A stretch of 64,000 nucleotides of DNA from an uncultured Spirochaetota bacterium (GTDB taxonomy: Bacteria > Spirochaetota > Spirochaetia > SZUA-6 > Fen-1364). The notes under the pieces were generated by a model, which worked only from the letters and a program-made list of their open reading frames with translations, was not told the origin of the DNA and did not search any database. The stretch covers positions 96,001 to 160,000 of the forward strand of contig CAVTHO010000008.1 in NCBI GenBank assembly GCA_963734545.1, in the 5' to 3' direction. The position numbers were made by a program, and so were the translations under genes. Below are positions 1-9,159 of the stretch, piece by piece (the first letter of the stretch is position 1; each line of letters opens with the position of its first letter).

Positions 1-151
1 CCTGGCGCAATGCCTCCACCTTGGCCGCGTCCTTGTCATACCCTGCCACCGAGAAGCCATGGTCGGCCATGTTCAGCAGGAGATTGCGTCCCATGACGCC
101 CCGGCCCACGATGCCGACGGCATACTGACGGTGCCGTTGCGTACCGGTCAT
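1..151 (-). CDS. gnd: 6-phosphogluconate dehydrogenase, N-terminal part (runs off the window edge)
   Basis: Manual translation MTGTQRHRQYAVGIVGRGVMGRNLLLNMADHGFSVAGYDKD matches the Gnd Rossmann N-terminus; ATGA overlap with the ATPase stop. Confidence 0.85.
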   Translation of the reverse strand, partial: MTGTQRHRQYAVGIVGRGVMGRNLLLNMADHGFSVAGYDKDAAKVEALRQ

Positions 152-2592
152 GCGTTTTCTCTCCGTGGGGACAAGAGCGGTGCAGCGGTTGGATCGAACA
201 CCCGATATGCGAGCAGTTTCACGCGGTCATTCACGAGGAACCACACCAGAGCGTAGCCCCAGACGAACAGCGCCCAGCCCCAGCCGAGGGGTGTCATGAA
301 TAGCCCATATACCGCTATCAAGGTCGCCACGATTTGCGTGCCCACCACCGCCACCCACAGAATCCGCGCTGGGCGATGAGACCAGAACGGACCGCGTGTG
401 CGTGTCAGGAAAATCGTCAGATGTCCCGCCACGGACAGCTTCAAATACATCAGCGTCTGGACGTGGGCGCGGTCGAGATGAAAGACGCGCTCTCCGAGAT
501 AGAACAAGCCGAATGCGGAGATGACCCCGGTGATGCCCAGCACCGTGGCGATACCCAGCACGACGCGCATGTTCCAGGCCTCGGGCTGATCCTTGTAGCG
601 CACGTTGTCATAGGCAATCGACAGGATGGCTCCGTCGTTGAGCAGGGCCAGCATGACGATCATCACCGCAGTCAAGGGATAAAAGTTGAAGACAAGGATC
701 GCCAGCGTCATGAAAAACAGCACGCGCAGCGTCTCGGCGATGCGGTAGGTCGCGTAGCTGTTCATCCGTTGGAAGATGCGACGGCTCTCCTTGATTGCGT
801 GAATAATCACCGACAGGCCGGGCGTCAGAAGCACGATGGAGGCCGCCGCGCGCGCCGCGTCTGTGGCACCCGAGACCGCGATGCCGCAGTCGGCCTTCTT
901 CAGCGCGGGGGCGTCGTTCACCCCGTCCCCGGTCATGCCGACGATATGGCCGCGTTGCTGCAGGACGTCGACGATGTGGAATTTGTGCTCGGGAAACACC
1001 TGGGCAAAGCCGTCCGCTTTCTCGATGGACTCCGCCAACTGCGCCGTTTCGTGATGTTTCGTATCCCCGAAGCCGCTGGCATCGAGGATATCTGCGCCCA
1101 TTCCCAACTTCCCCGCGGTTTCGCGAGCGATGGCCACCTGGTCACCCGTCACCATCTTGACATTGACCCCCATCTGTCGGGCGGTCGCGATTGTCGATTT
1201 GGCTTCGTCCCGGGGCGGGTCGAAAAGCGGCAGGACGCCGAGAAACTGCCATGTGCCTTGCACGTCTGCGCGTGCGACAGCTAACGAGCGGAAACCGCGC
1301 GCTGCAAATTCATTGACCGCCTTCTCAACGGCGTCCTTCACCTGCACGGCGTTAGCCGACAATTCCAGGATCACCTGCGGCGCGCCCTTGGTGACCCTGA
1401 ACTCCTTTCCGTCCACGTCTTTAACGGTGGCTTCGGTGCGCTTATGCACGGGGTCGAATGGCTGGAAATGAACGATCTGGTAGCCTTTCAGACCCTGATC
1501 ATTCTTCAGGCCGCCCAAAACGGCCAGATCGATGGTGTCGTTGTTGTCCGCGCGCGATGCCAGAGCGGCATTGAGGATCACCTGCTCGGCGGGGACGTTG
1601 TTCACGCTGAAAGGGTCTCCCAGCGTCAGCTTGTTCTGGGTCAGGGTGCCGGTCTTGTCCGAGCACAGCACGTCCACACCCGCCAATTCCTCGATGGCCG
1701 CCAACCGGGTCACTATGGCCTCTTTCTTGGCCAGCAGGCGCGCACCGACCGCCATGGTCACGGAAAGCACCGTGGGCATGGCCACGGGAATCGCCGCCAC
1801 CGTCAGAACCAGCGCGAATTGCAGCGTGATGAGCATCGGATCGCCGCGGAAGAGCGCGACGCCCAGAATCAATACCACGAGGCTCACGGCGAGGAGGATC
1901 AGGTAGTTGCCGATCTTCAACACGGCCCGCTGGAAATGGCTGACAGTATGCGCCTCCTGCACCAGTTGCGCGGTCTTGCCGAAGTAGGTATTCGCAGCGG
2001 TGGCGTATACAATCGCATCGATTTCCCCCTGGCGAATGATCGAACCGGAAAACACGGCCTCGCCGGGTCTTCGCGTGGCGGGCAATGATTCTCCCGTCAG
2101 CGCCGACTGATCCACCTCTATCGGGTCACCCTCCAGCAGGCGTGCATCCGCGGGGACAATGTCTCCCAACCGCACGCGGATCACGTCTCCCGGCACTACC
2201 TCCCGCGCCTCCGGGGTGGTCCACTTCCCGTCACGTTTCACCCGGGCTTTGATGGCCAGCTTGGCCTTCAGGGCGGCGATGGCGTTTCCCGCTTGGTGTT
2301 CTTCCCAGAATCCGACCACGGCGTTGGCGAGAAGCAAAACGAGGATGATGGCAAAGTCCGGCCAGTGCCGGGCTACCGCCGAAAGTATCACGGCTACTTC
2401 GATCATCCATGGTATCGGACCCCAGAAGTACGAGAGGAATTTAAGGAAAGGATTGGTTTTCCTTTCTTCAAGCTCGTTCGGACCATATTGGGTCAGCCGC
2501 TTTTGCGCCTCGGCTTGGCTGAGGCCGTCCGCCGTCGCCCCCAGCGCCGCTTGCAGCTCAGGCATGGATAGGGATTTCAGATCGTCTTTCAC
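148..2592 (-). CDS. Plasma-membrane proton-efflux P-type ATPase (P3A)
   Basis: TGES, IPVAMP, CSDKTGTLT, KGAP, TGDGVNDAPALK and LLND motifs; GTG start at 2592 with a GGAGGAG RBS. Confidence 0.92.
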   Translation of the reverse strand: MKDDLKSLSMPELQAALGATADGLSQAEAQKRLTQYGPNELEERKTNPFLKFLSYFWGPIPWMIEVAVILSAVARHWPDFAIILVLLLANAVVGFWEEHQAGNAIAALKAKLAIKARVKRDGKWTTPEAREVVPGDVIRVRLGDIVPADARLLEGDPIEVDQSALTGESLPATRRPGEAVFSGSIIRQGEIDAIVYATAANTYFGKTAQLVQEAHTVSHFQRAVLKIGNYLILLAVSLVVLILGVALFRGDPMLITLQFALVLTVAAIPVAMPTVLSVTMAVGARLLAKKEAIVTRLAAIEELAGVDVLCSDKTGTLTQNKLTLGDPFSVNNVPAEQVILNAALASRADNNDTIDLAVLGGLKNDQGLKGYQIVHFQPFDPVHKRTEATVKDVDGKEFRVTKGAPQVILELSANAVQVKDAVEKAVNEFAARGFRSLAVARADVQGTWQFLGVLPLFDPPRDEAKSTIATARQMGVNVKMVTGDQVAIARETAGKLGMGADILDASGFGDTKHHETAQLAESIEKADGFAQVFPEHKFHIVDVLQQRGHIVGMTGDGVNDAPALKKADCGIAVSGATDAARAAASIVLLTPGLSVIIHAIKESRRIFQRMNSYATYRIAETLRVLFFMTLAILVFNFYPLTAVMIVMLALLNDGAILSIAYDNVRYKDQPEAWNMRVVLGIATVLGITGVISAFGLFYLGERVFHLDRAHVQTLMYLKLSVAGHLTIFLTRTRGPFWSHRPARILWVAVVGTQIVATLIAVYGLFMTPLGWGWALFVWGYALVWFLVNDRVKLLAYRVFDPTAAPLLSPRRENA

Positions 2593-2596
2593 AACG

Positions 2597-2965
2597 TTAC
2601 TCCTCCGGGAGTTTCTCCTCTGGCAGCGCGGGATCAGTCCGGTGACTCTGTTGATCATGCAGCCGCCCGAGGGTGTGCTCGAGCAATCTTGTGAGCTTGT
2701 CCACTGCGCCATCGACGGCCTGCTCCACGGTCGCGGCATGATGAGTGACCGCGGTGGGCTGGTGGTTTTCGAGGCGGGCTTCCATCACGCAGCGCATTGC
2801 GTCCTTGCCGCCTTTCTTGTCGCTGTTCTCATCGCTGAGATGGACTTCCACGCGCGTGATGTGCTCGCTGATATGGCCCAGGGCGCTTTCCACGATGCTG
2901 CTGACGTGGGCGGCCAGCGCCTCGTGACCTGCGATGTTATGGTCGGTATTCACTTGGATCTGCAT
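2597..2965 (-). CDS. HPF/RaiA family ribosome-associated protein (copy 1)
   Basis: MQIQVNTDHNI...TRVEVHLSDEN...RCVMEARL, S30AE-like; RBS present. Confidence 0.85.
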   Translation of the reverse strand: MQIQVNTDHNIAGHEALAAHVSSIVESALGHISEHITRVEVHLSDENSDKKGGKDAMRCVMEARLENHQPTAVTHHAATVEQAVDGAVDKLTRLLEHTLGRLHDQQSHRTDPALPEEKLPEE

Positions 2966-3015
2966 GGTCTTCTCCTTTGTCCTAATCCAGTCACACTAAT
3001 AATTAAATGCTTTTC

Positions 3016-3192
3016 TTACGTTCCGTCTTGTCTCCAATTCCAGTTCCGGATTTCCGGCATGTCTTCGCTGTGCGCGTCAATGTACTTCTTGTGCTCGACC
3101 AGCTTGTCCTGCACCATCCGCTTCAGCATGGCACCGCTCGCGCCCGGCTGCGGAAGACGATCGATCACGTCCTGGACAAGATGGAACCTGTC
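3016..3192 (-). pseudogene. xfp: Phosphoketolase C-terminal remnant
   Basis: Manual translation [53 protein letters not shown] matches the XFP C-terminus; the rest of the gene is absent. Confidence 0.85.
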
Positions 3193-3210
3193 CGGCGGCG
3201 CGGGGCCAGC

Positions 3211-3360
3211 CTACGCCTCGGGGAGCTGGAAAGAGAACTCCCGCAACACGTGCTCGAAGTAGGCGCTGAATCCGAGGGCATAAAGGCTGCACGCGACAGC
3301 GTGGGCAAACCAGCTCATCCACCCTGAAAGAAAACCGCTCCACTTTGGAAGAGCTTCCTC
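3211..3360 (-). pseudogene. APC-family amino acid permease internal fragment
   Basis: EEALPKWSGFLSGWMSWFAHAVACSLYALGFSAYF resembles APC TM3. Confidence 0.6.
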
Positions 3361-3481
3361 CCTCGCAAGGCGGATGTCAGAGTTTCCCCATTCATCATCA
3401 TGCTACCTTGGGTGTGAACCGGAATAAAAGAGTCGTGTGCACCCGACGCGACAGAAGCGTGTGAAGGGCGTTACGCGCTCA

Positions 3482-4801
3482 TCACCATCGGAACAGCCGA
3501 CCGAAGAGACCGCTCGGGGGGGCGATTCCGAAAAAGCCCGAGATCAGGCCGGCCAGCTCCTTGCGAAGGATCTGGAAGGAGAAATACTTGCGGGCGATCT
3601 CCACATTCTTCTCCACCATCCGCTGCCTGCGCTCAGGGTTTGAAAGCATTTCCTTGACTTGGGCGAGCACCGGATCGGTCAGGTATCCGTCGATGGTGAT
3701 GAGGTCGAACCCCTTGGGCTCGATGTCAACTATGAAAACGGGGTAGCGATTGACGAGGATCGGCTTGCGGTAGTATATGGCTTCCAGGAACGCATTCCCG
3801 AATCCCTCGAATGTGCTCGGATACGTGACGAGATCGGCATGCGGATAGACGTCCTGCAGGGAAGATGGCCTGCCCTCGCTCCCCGTGTTGGTCACCTCCC
3901 CCTCGAGCTTATCGTGGATGAAATGAAGCGCGACTCCCTGCCTGCCTGCCCATTTCTGAATCCACTCCGCATAAGCAAGTCCTTCGTCCCTGAGGGAGTG
4001 GGAAACGATCAACCTTGCCCGGGGGAGATTCAGCATCTGTACGAGGGAGATCGCCTGCTCTATCCCCTTGCGGTGCACGACGCGCGTCGGCTGGAGGATG
4101 AGAAGGTCCTCGGGGCCGAAACCCATATCGAGCCGGAATTGTCGACCGTTCCGCCGGGGACGGGAAGGCTTTTTTTCGAAATCCATCACGTTGTAAACGA
4201 CGATCCCGGCGACGCTCCGCCTGGCTGCGAGCTCGGCCTGCGCCACCGAGCTGATGACCACGTGTTTGATGGAGGGCAGAACAGGGGGAAACGCCATGTT
4301 GAGCACATCCTGGCAGGCGTTGGAGAGAAAGCGCGTCCTCTCCCAGAAAAAGTCGTGATGATGGGCAATGGTAGGTATGCCGGTTTCCGCAATGACCTCG
4401 GTAATGGCGACCCCCAGCGGAAGATGCATCGGTATGGAGAGGGCATTCTCCGGGATGATCAGGTCGATTTCGAAGCGGTCGAGGAACTCGTAGAGCTTGT
4501 CCTTGAGAAAGTCCTTCTGGCTGTGGAGCGCGTCCGTGAGGAGGCGGCTTCGTTTTTGCGCAGCGAAAAGAGCCCGATTGAGCGCCTCCGTCGGCGGATG
4601 CCCGAAGAAAGCCTCCGGCACGAGCATGCTCGCATCGGGATCACGGTCAAGCTGCCCGGCGAACCAGTATACCCTGTGCCCGAACTCCCTGAGAATCGCG
4701 GCCCATTTCTCGGCTTCGAGCGAGACGCCGTCCAGTCCCTTGAACCTTGTGGACAGGAAGCCCACATTCAGCGACCGATCGTGCCCGGCAGCAACGCGCA
4801 T
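3482..4801 (-). CDS. GT4 glycosyltransferase (MggA-like, putative mannosylglucosyl-3-phosphoglycerate synthase)
   Basis: DGVSLEAEKW, HHHDF, QPTRVV..KGIE and YPSTFEGFGNAFLEA motifs; near gpgS and a GH13_18 phosphorylase. Confidence 0.8.
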   Translation of the reverse strand: MRVAAGHDRSLNVGFLSTRFKGLDGVSLEAEKWAAILREFGHRVYWFAGQLDRDPDASMLVPEAFFGHPPTEALNRALFAAQKRSRLLTDALHSQKDFLKDKLYEFLDRFEIDLIIPENALSIPMHLPLGVAITEVIAETGIPTIAHHHDFFWERTRFLSNACQDVLNMAFPPVLPSIKHVVISSVAQAELAARRSVAGIVVYNVMDFEKKPSRPRRNGRQFRLDMGFGPEDLLILQPTRVVHRKGIEQAISLVQMLNLPRARLIVSHSLRDEGLAYAEWIQKWAGRQGVALHFIHDKLEGEVTNTGSEGRPSSLQDVYPHADLVTYPSTFEGFGNAFLEAIYYRKPILVNRYPVFIVDIEPKGFDLITIDGYLTDPVLAQVKEMLSNPERRQRMVEKNVEIARKYFSFQILRKELAGLISGFFGIAPPSGLFGRLFRW

Positions 4802-4820
4802 GCACCCTCGCTTCCGGTGC

Positions 4821-5234
4821 TCAGAGCACCGCGAACCCCGGGAACAGGAAGTGGAGAAGCGCGACAACCAGTCCGGCAATCCCGACAGGTACCCGGTAGG
4901 TCAGCGCGGTCTTCGAAATCATGCGGATTCGCTCACCGGCCTGTTCTACCCTGACGTGGTGGACTTCGGCGAGCAAGGTCGCTCCGAGAACGATTCCCAT
5001 CAAGGCGGGAAGCAGGTCACCAAGGATGAGGATATGCTCTCCGGGTGAGAGAACGAAAAGCTTGATCACCCCTATGACGAGCGCGCAGATGCCGATTGTG
5101 GTCCGGGCGCCCCTGTTCTCCCGTATCTCCTTGAAGACAGCAAGCCATGCAACTCGTGATGCCAGGTAGTCCCCCGCGAGGGAGAGGCTCGCGATCAGGT
5201 TCGCCAGGATTGAAAGCATGTAGAATTGCGCCAC
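4821..5234 (-). CDS. 137-aa four-TM hypothetical protein (paralog of 6751-7164)
   Basis: GTG start with GGAGG RBS; AQFYMLS...GDLLP...LTYRVP shared with the paralog. Confidence 0.75.
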   Translation of the reverse strand: MAQFYMLSILANLIASLSLAGDYLASRVAWLAVFKEIRENRGARTTIGICALVIGVIKLFVLSPGEHILILGDLLPALMGIVLGATLLAEVHHVRVEQAGERIRMISKTALTYRVPVGIAGLVVALLHFLFPGFAVL

Positions 5235-5400
5235 GAGGACACCTCCTGCCTTTCCCCCACACGATGTGCATGTGCCCGCTCCCGTCGAAGAGAAAAAGGA
5301 ACGGGCACTCCCTCCGGCAAATGTAAGATATCCTGCCCGCGATTTCCATCGTCGGCACACTCTCACGCTGATTTCGCACCGCGGGGCACCTCGGGATTCT

Positions 5401-5468
5401 TGTCGGAGAAATTCTACAGACAAAGCGTTCCCGGTTCGACGCGGTCGTGAGACGTGTGCGTGTACAAT
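5401..5468 (+). promoter_or_regulatory. TGT-N12-ACA palindrome plus -10 box upstream of the PRC-barrel gene
   Basis: TGTCGGA-GAAA-TTCTACA at 5401-5418; TACAAT at 5463-5468. Confidence 0.65.
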
Positions 5469-5487
5469 CGCCCCGGAGGCAAAGGCA

Positions 5488-6309
5488 TTGTACAGAAAAG
5501 CAAGAAGCCTCAGCCGCATGCGGGTACTGACGCCGGATGAAGAAATCGGTCGCTGCCGGGGCGTGCTCTTCGACGATCAATCGTGGTCGGTTCGGCACCT
5601 TGTCGTCGAAACGGGCGAGGAGCTGGGCGCCCGTACTATTCTCATCTCGCCGTCTTTCGTCGACGGTATCGAGGAGGAAAAGGGATCCATCCGCATCTCT
5701 CTCACCAAGGCGCAGGCAGCCGCTCAACCGGACATAGATTCCGACATGCCGGTTTCCCGACTGAAAGAAGCAGAGCACGGGAGAGCCGCGCTCTACATGC
5801 CTTTTTGGAGTGGAAGCGGGGCTCCCCACGGAGAGTTCCTCGTGTCCGACTCCGTCTCGAGTCGGTCGGTGGGCGGCATATCCTCCGGGCGTTCGTTCGA
5901 TCCTCACCTGAGAAGCTCGGAGGAGGTCATGAGGTACCGCGTTCACGCGAGGGACGGGCGCATCGGACGCGTCCGTGACTTCATGGTCGACGAAGCTGAC
6001 TGGCTCATACGGCACATTGAGGTGAGAATCCGCCGCTGGCCTCGCGCCAGGGAAGTCCTTCTCTCGCCCCTCTGGGTAGTGCGGGTCAGCTGGCGTGATC
6101 AAGCGCTGGCCGTTTCTCTCAGCCGGGAGCAGGTCGGGGGTGCGCCGCAATGGAACGCTTCCTCTCAGTCCGTGCGGGACTACGAGACCGGCCTGCTCGT
6201 CAACAGCGCTTTGCCCGCAGCAGAGCCCTGGTTCAGCCCGCCGAAAAGACAGGCAGAGACACCAAAAAAGCGCATCTCAACGGATGATCCGGACAGCGAA
6301 CACAGATGA
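5488..6309 (+). CDS. Tandem PRC-barrel domain protein
   Basis: Two IG.V.D...D...W..R..VV repeats and DPHLRS; TTG start after GGAGG. Confidence 0.8.
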   Translation: MYRKARSLSRMRVLTPDEEIGRCRGVLFDDQSWSVRHLVVETGEELGARTILISPSFVDGIEEEKGSIRISLTKAQAAAQPDIDSDMPVSRLKEAEHGRAALYMPFWSGSGAPHGEFLVSDSVSSRSVGGISSGRSFDPHLRSSEEVMRYRVHARDGRIGRVRDFMVDEADWLIRHIEVRIRRWPRAREVLLSPLWVVRVSWRDQALAVSLSREQVGGAPQWNASSQSVRDYETGLLVNSALPAAEPWFSPPKRQAETPKKRISTDDPDSEHR

Positions 6310-6321
6310 CTGCCCCTTCGG

Positions 6322-6729
6322 TCACCTTTTGGTCTTAAACCAGTCAAAAAACCGGGCGCGTTTCGGCTCCGGAGCATTCTGCGGCTCGCGATCCTTCCCG
6401 CCGGACTGCGAGGATTCGTCGATCCCCGCGGAGGCGTCCGAGGCCGCATCGACGACGGACTCCCGGGCGGCGAGTACGCGCTCACGCTGAGCAAGCGCCT
6501 TGTCCTTCTTCTCCAGACCCTTCCGTCTCTGCCGCTGCAGGAACCGACTCACGCAGAGGAAAAGCGAATACACGACTCCGAGAGCAAAGCTCACAAGGGC
6601 GAGCGCCATTGTCGGCACCTCTTCGAACCTGGCGCCGAACAGGCTGAACGAGGTCGTGAATCGGACGTTGAACGCGACGAGCACAGCCAGGAGAACGAGC
6701 AGCACCGCGCTGACAATAGCCTGCACCAT
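6322..6729 (-). CDS. LapA/DUF1049-like membrane protein
   Basis: Two N-terminal TM helices followed by a charged coiled coil. Confidence 0.6.
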   Translation of the reverse strand: MVQAIVSAVLLVLLAVLVAFNVRFTTSFSLFGARFEEVPTMALALVSFALGVVYSLFLCVSRFLQRQRRKGLEKKDKALAQRERVLAARESVVDAASDASAGIDESSQSGGKDREPQNAPEPKRARFFDWFKTKR

Positions 6730-6750
6730 GACGGCTCCCTCTCTGACCTG

Positions 6751-7164
6751 CTACAGGATGACCGCTGCGGGGAAGAGAAAATGAAGAAGACCGACGGCGA
6801 CGCCGACGATTCCGGCAGGGACGCGATAGGTCAACACGGCCTTGGAGAGCTTCTCCCCCTGCGCTCCTCTGCTTTCCACTCTCTGGCGGAACGCCTCGAC
6901 CAGGAGGGCCAGGCCCTGCGCGATTCCCACCAGCGAGGGAAGCAGATCCCCGATGACGGGAACCGAATCTCCCGGGGCCCGCACGAAGAACGTGATCACC
7001 CCGATGCCAACGGCGATCAAGCCAATGACAATCAGTGCAGTCCTGTTCTCGCGCATGCTTTTGAACGACGAGAGAAGCGCGAACCTGTCCCCCAGGTAGT
7101 CCCCTGCGAGGGTAAGGCCGGCAACGATATTGATGAACACTGATAACAGGTAGAATTGAGCCAT
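6751..7164 (-). CDS. 137-aa four-TM hypothetical protein (paralog of 4821-5234)
   Basis: ATG with AGGAGG RBS; hydrophobic; same length and motifs as the paralog. Confidence 0.8.
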   Translation of the reverse strand: MAQFYLLSVFINIVAGLTLAGDYLGDRFALLSSFKSMRENRTALIVIGLIAVGIGVITFFVRAPGDSVPVIGDLLPSLVGIAQGLALLVEAFRQRVESRGAQGEKLSKAVLTYRVPAGIVGVAVGLLHFLFPAAVIL

Positions 7165-7187
7165 GGCGTGTGTCCTCCTTGCGAAAG

Positions 7188-7254
7188 AGTATAATCAATT
7201 CGTATTCACCAGATGTCATCAGGGCAATGACTTTGCTGTAGAATTTGCGGGGGT
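7188..7254 (-). promoter_or_regulatory. Regulon promoter (half palindrome, TGTCAT-N7-ATGAC site and -10 box)
   Basis: TGTAGAA at 7237-7243; TGTCATC-AGGGC-AATGACT at 7214-7232; TATACT (minus strand) at 7193-7188. Confidence 0.6.
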
Positions 7255-7314
7255 ATGCTTCAGTATCGAATCTGCGGCCGAGGTCGGGAATCCAGTCAGC
7301 GGGGCTCCCGAGTC

Positions 7315-9039
7315 ATGAATGCCATATACAAGATTCTCACCAATCTCTACGGAGCCGGGGCCGCCAGAGCGATCCTGCCCGGGATTGAGCGCGCCACAGC
7401 GAACGCCCGCCGCCGGGTGCCGGCAGGACGTGTGACAGGTTTCGATCAGAGCGACAGCGTTCTCATCACCTATGCTGACATCCTCCAGGAGCCGGGAAAA
7501 TCTCCCCTGCAGACATTATGGGAGTTCTGTGAAGAGTACCTTGTGGACGTGACCAGCTGCGTTCACCTCCTCCCATTTTTCCCTTTTTCGTCGGATGACG
7601 GGTTTTCGGTCATCGATTTCCGCGCCGTCGATTCTACGAATGGAACGTGGGAGGACATTGGAAGGTTCCGTCGGAGCTTCCGCCTCATGTTCGACGCGGT
7701 CTTCAATCACGTCTCTGCCCGCAGCGGCTGGTTTCAGGGATTCCTCCGCGACGACTCGGGCGCCCGCAATATGTTCATTGTCGTCCCCGAAGGGAGCGAT
7801 CTTTCGATTGTGGTTCGGCCGCGGTCCCATCCCCTTCTTACCCGGTTCCAGACCCCTTCAGGTCCCAGGCGCGTATGGACGACGTTCAGTCCGGACCAGG
7901 TGGATTTGAACTATGCCAACCCGGAAGTCCTCGCCCGGATCGTGGAAACCCTGTTGTTTTACGTCGAGCACGGCGCGGAGCTTGTCCGTCTGGACGCCAT
8001 TGCATACATCTGGAAAGAAGTGGGGACCCGATGCATAAATCTGCCGCAGGCCCATCTCATTGTGCAGCTCTTTCGGTCAGTGCTCGATGCGGTAGCCCCT
8101 CACGTGGCGCTGGTAACGGAGACGAATGTCCCTCACGAGGAGAATATCTCCTACTTCGGAGACGGGACCAATGAAGCACAGCTCGTTTACAATTTCCCCC
8201 TGCCCCCCCTTGTGCTGCACGCGTTTATCACGGAAAGCGCCGCCGCACTGGCCCGATGGGCGGCTGACCTGTCGCCGCCGTCTCCCTCGACGACCTTCCT
8301 CAACTACCTCGCCTCGCATGACGGAATAGGCGTGGTTCCCGTCAAGACCATCCTTCCCGAGGCCGATATCCAGCTCCTGATAGACAGGACATTGGCGCGC
8401 GGGGGCCTTGTATCGTACAAGGCCGGTACGGACGGAACGCTGAGCCCCTACGAGCTGAACATCAACTACTGGGACGCGCTCGCGGATCCGGGCGGAGAAA
8501 CGCCTCCGGACACGCTCGTCCAGCGATTCCTTGCGGCGCATGGAATCATGCTCGCGCTGCGCGGAGTGCCGGCCATCTATTTCCACAGCCTTTTCGGATC
8601 CACCGGGTGGCCCGAAGGGGTGGCGCTCACCGGCAGCAAGCGCGCGATCAACAGGCAGAAATGCGCACGCTCCCTGCTCGTCGAGGAGCTGCAAGATGTC
8701 GGTTCGCGGCGCGCGCGTGTTTTTTCCGGGCTGAGGCGGCTCCTTGCCGCCCGTTCCTCCTCACGTTGTTTCCATCCGCAGGGGGCGCAGCGGGTGCTGC
8801 CGGCCGAGGGCGCCGTTTTCGCGGTCCTTCGTGTCGCGCCAGACGACACGGACGGGGTGCTTTGCCTGCAGAACGTGTCCGGCAAACAACAGGTCGCGGA
8901 AGTGGACTGGGAGGACATATGGGGATTCGTGCCGAGCGAGCTGAAGGATCTCGTTTCGGGGAGGCTTCTGGCTGTCACAGATTCCCAAGGGGTGGCGCTC
9001 GAGCCATATGAAGTCGCGTGGCTGCAGGCAAAGGTCTAG
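7315..9039 (+). CDS. GH13_18 sugar phosphorylase, probable glucosylglycerate phosphorylase
   Basis: SSDDGFS, WTTFSPDQVDLN, RLDA, TETN, ASHDGIG and PYELN (E-type loop A) motifs. Confidence 0.85.
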   Translation: MNAIYKILTNLYGAGAARAILPGIERATANARRRVPAGRVTGFDQSDSVLITYADILQEPGKSPLQTLWEFCEEYLVDVTSCVHLLPFFPFSSDDGFSVIDFRAVDSTNGTWEDIGRFRRSFRLMFDAVFNHVSARSGWFQGFLRDDSGARNMFIVVPEGSDLSIVVRPRSHPLLTRFQTPSGPRRVWTTFSPDQVDLNYANPEVLARIVETLLFYVEHGAELVRLDAIAYIWKEVGTRCINLPQAHLIVQLFRSVLDAVAPHVALVTETNVPHEENISYFGDGTNEAQLVYNFPLPPLVLHAFITESAAALARWAADLSPPSPSTTFLNYLASHDGIGVVPVKTILPEADIQLLIDRTLARGGLVSYKAGTDGTLSPYELNINYWDALADPGGETPPDTLVQRFLAAHGIMLALRGVPAIYFHSLFGSTGWPEGVALTGSKRAINRQKCARSLLVEELQDVGSRRARVFSGLRRLLAARSSSRCFHPQGAQRVLPAEGAVFAVLRVAPDDTDGVLCLQNVSGKQQVAEVDWEDIWGFVPSELKDLVSGRLLAVTDSQGVALEPYEVAWLQAKV

Positions 9040-9100
9040 GAAATTCTACAAGAACTTCATTCCACGAATGACACCCCCGGCCGCGGGCGAACGCTACTCT
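9033..9100 (+). promoter_or_regulatory. Regulon promoter upstream of the ATP-grasp gene
   Basis: GGTCTAG-GAAA-TTCTACA at 9033-9050; TGACA at 9069-9073; TACTCT at 9095-9100. Confidence 0.6.
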
Positions 9101-9159
9101 TGTGAGTGCCGACGCAGTGCTCGGGGAAATGAAGCGAGGATCATTACGAGGTTGAGCAG

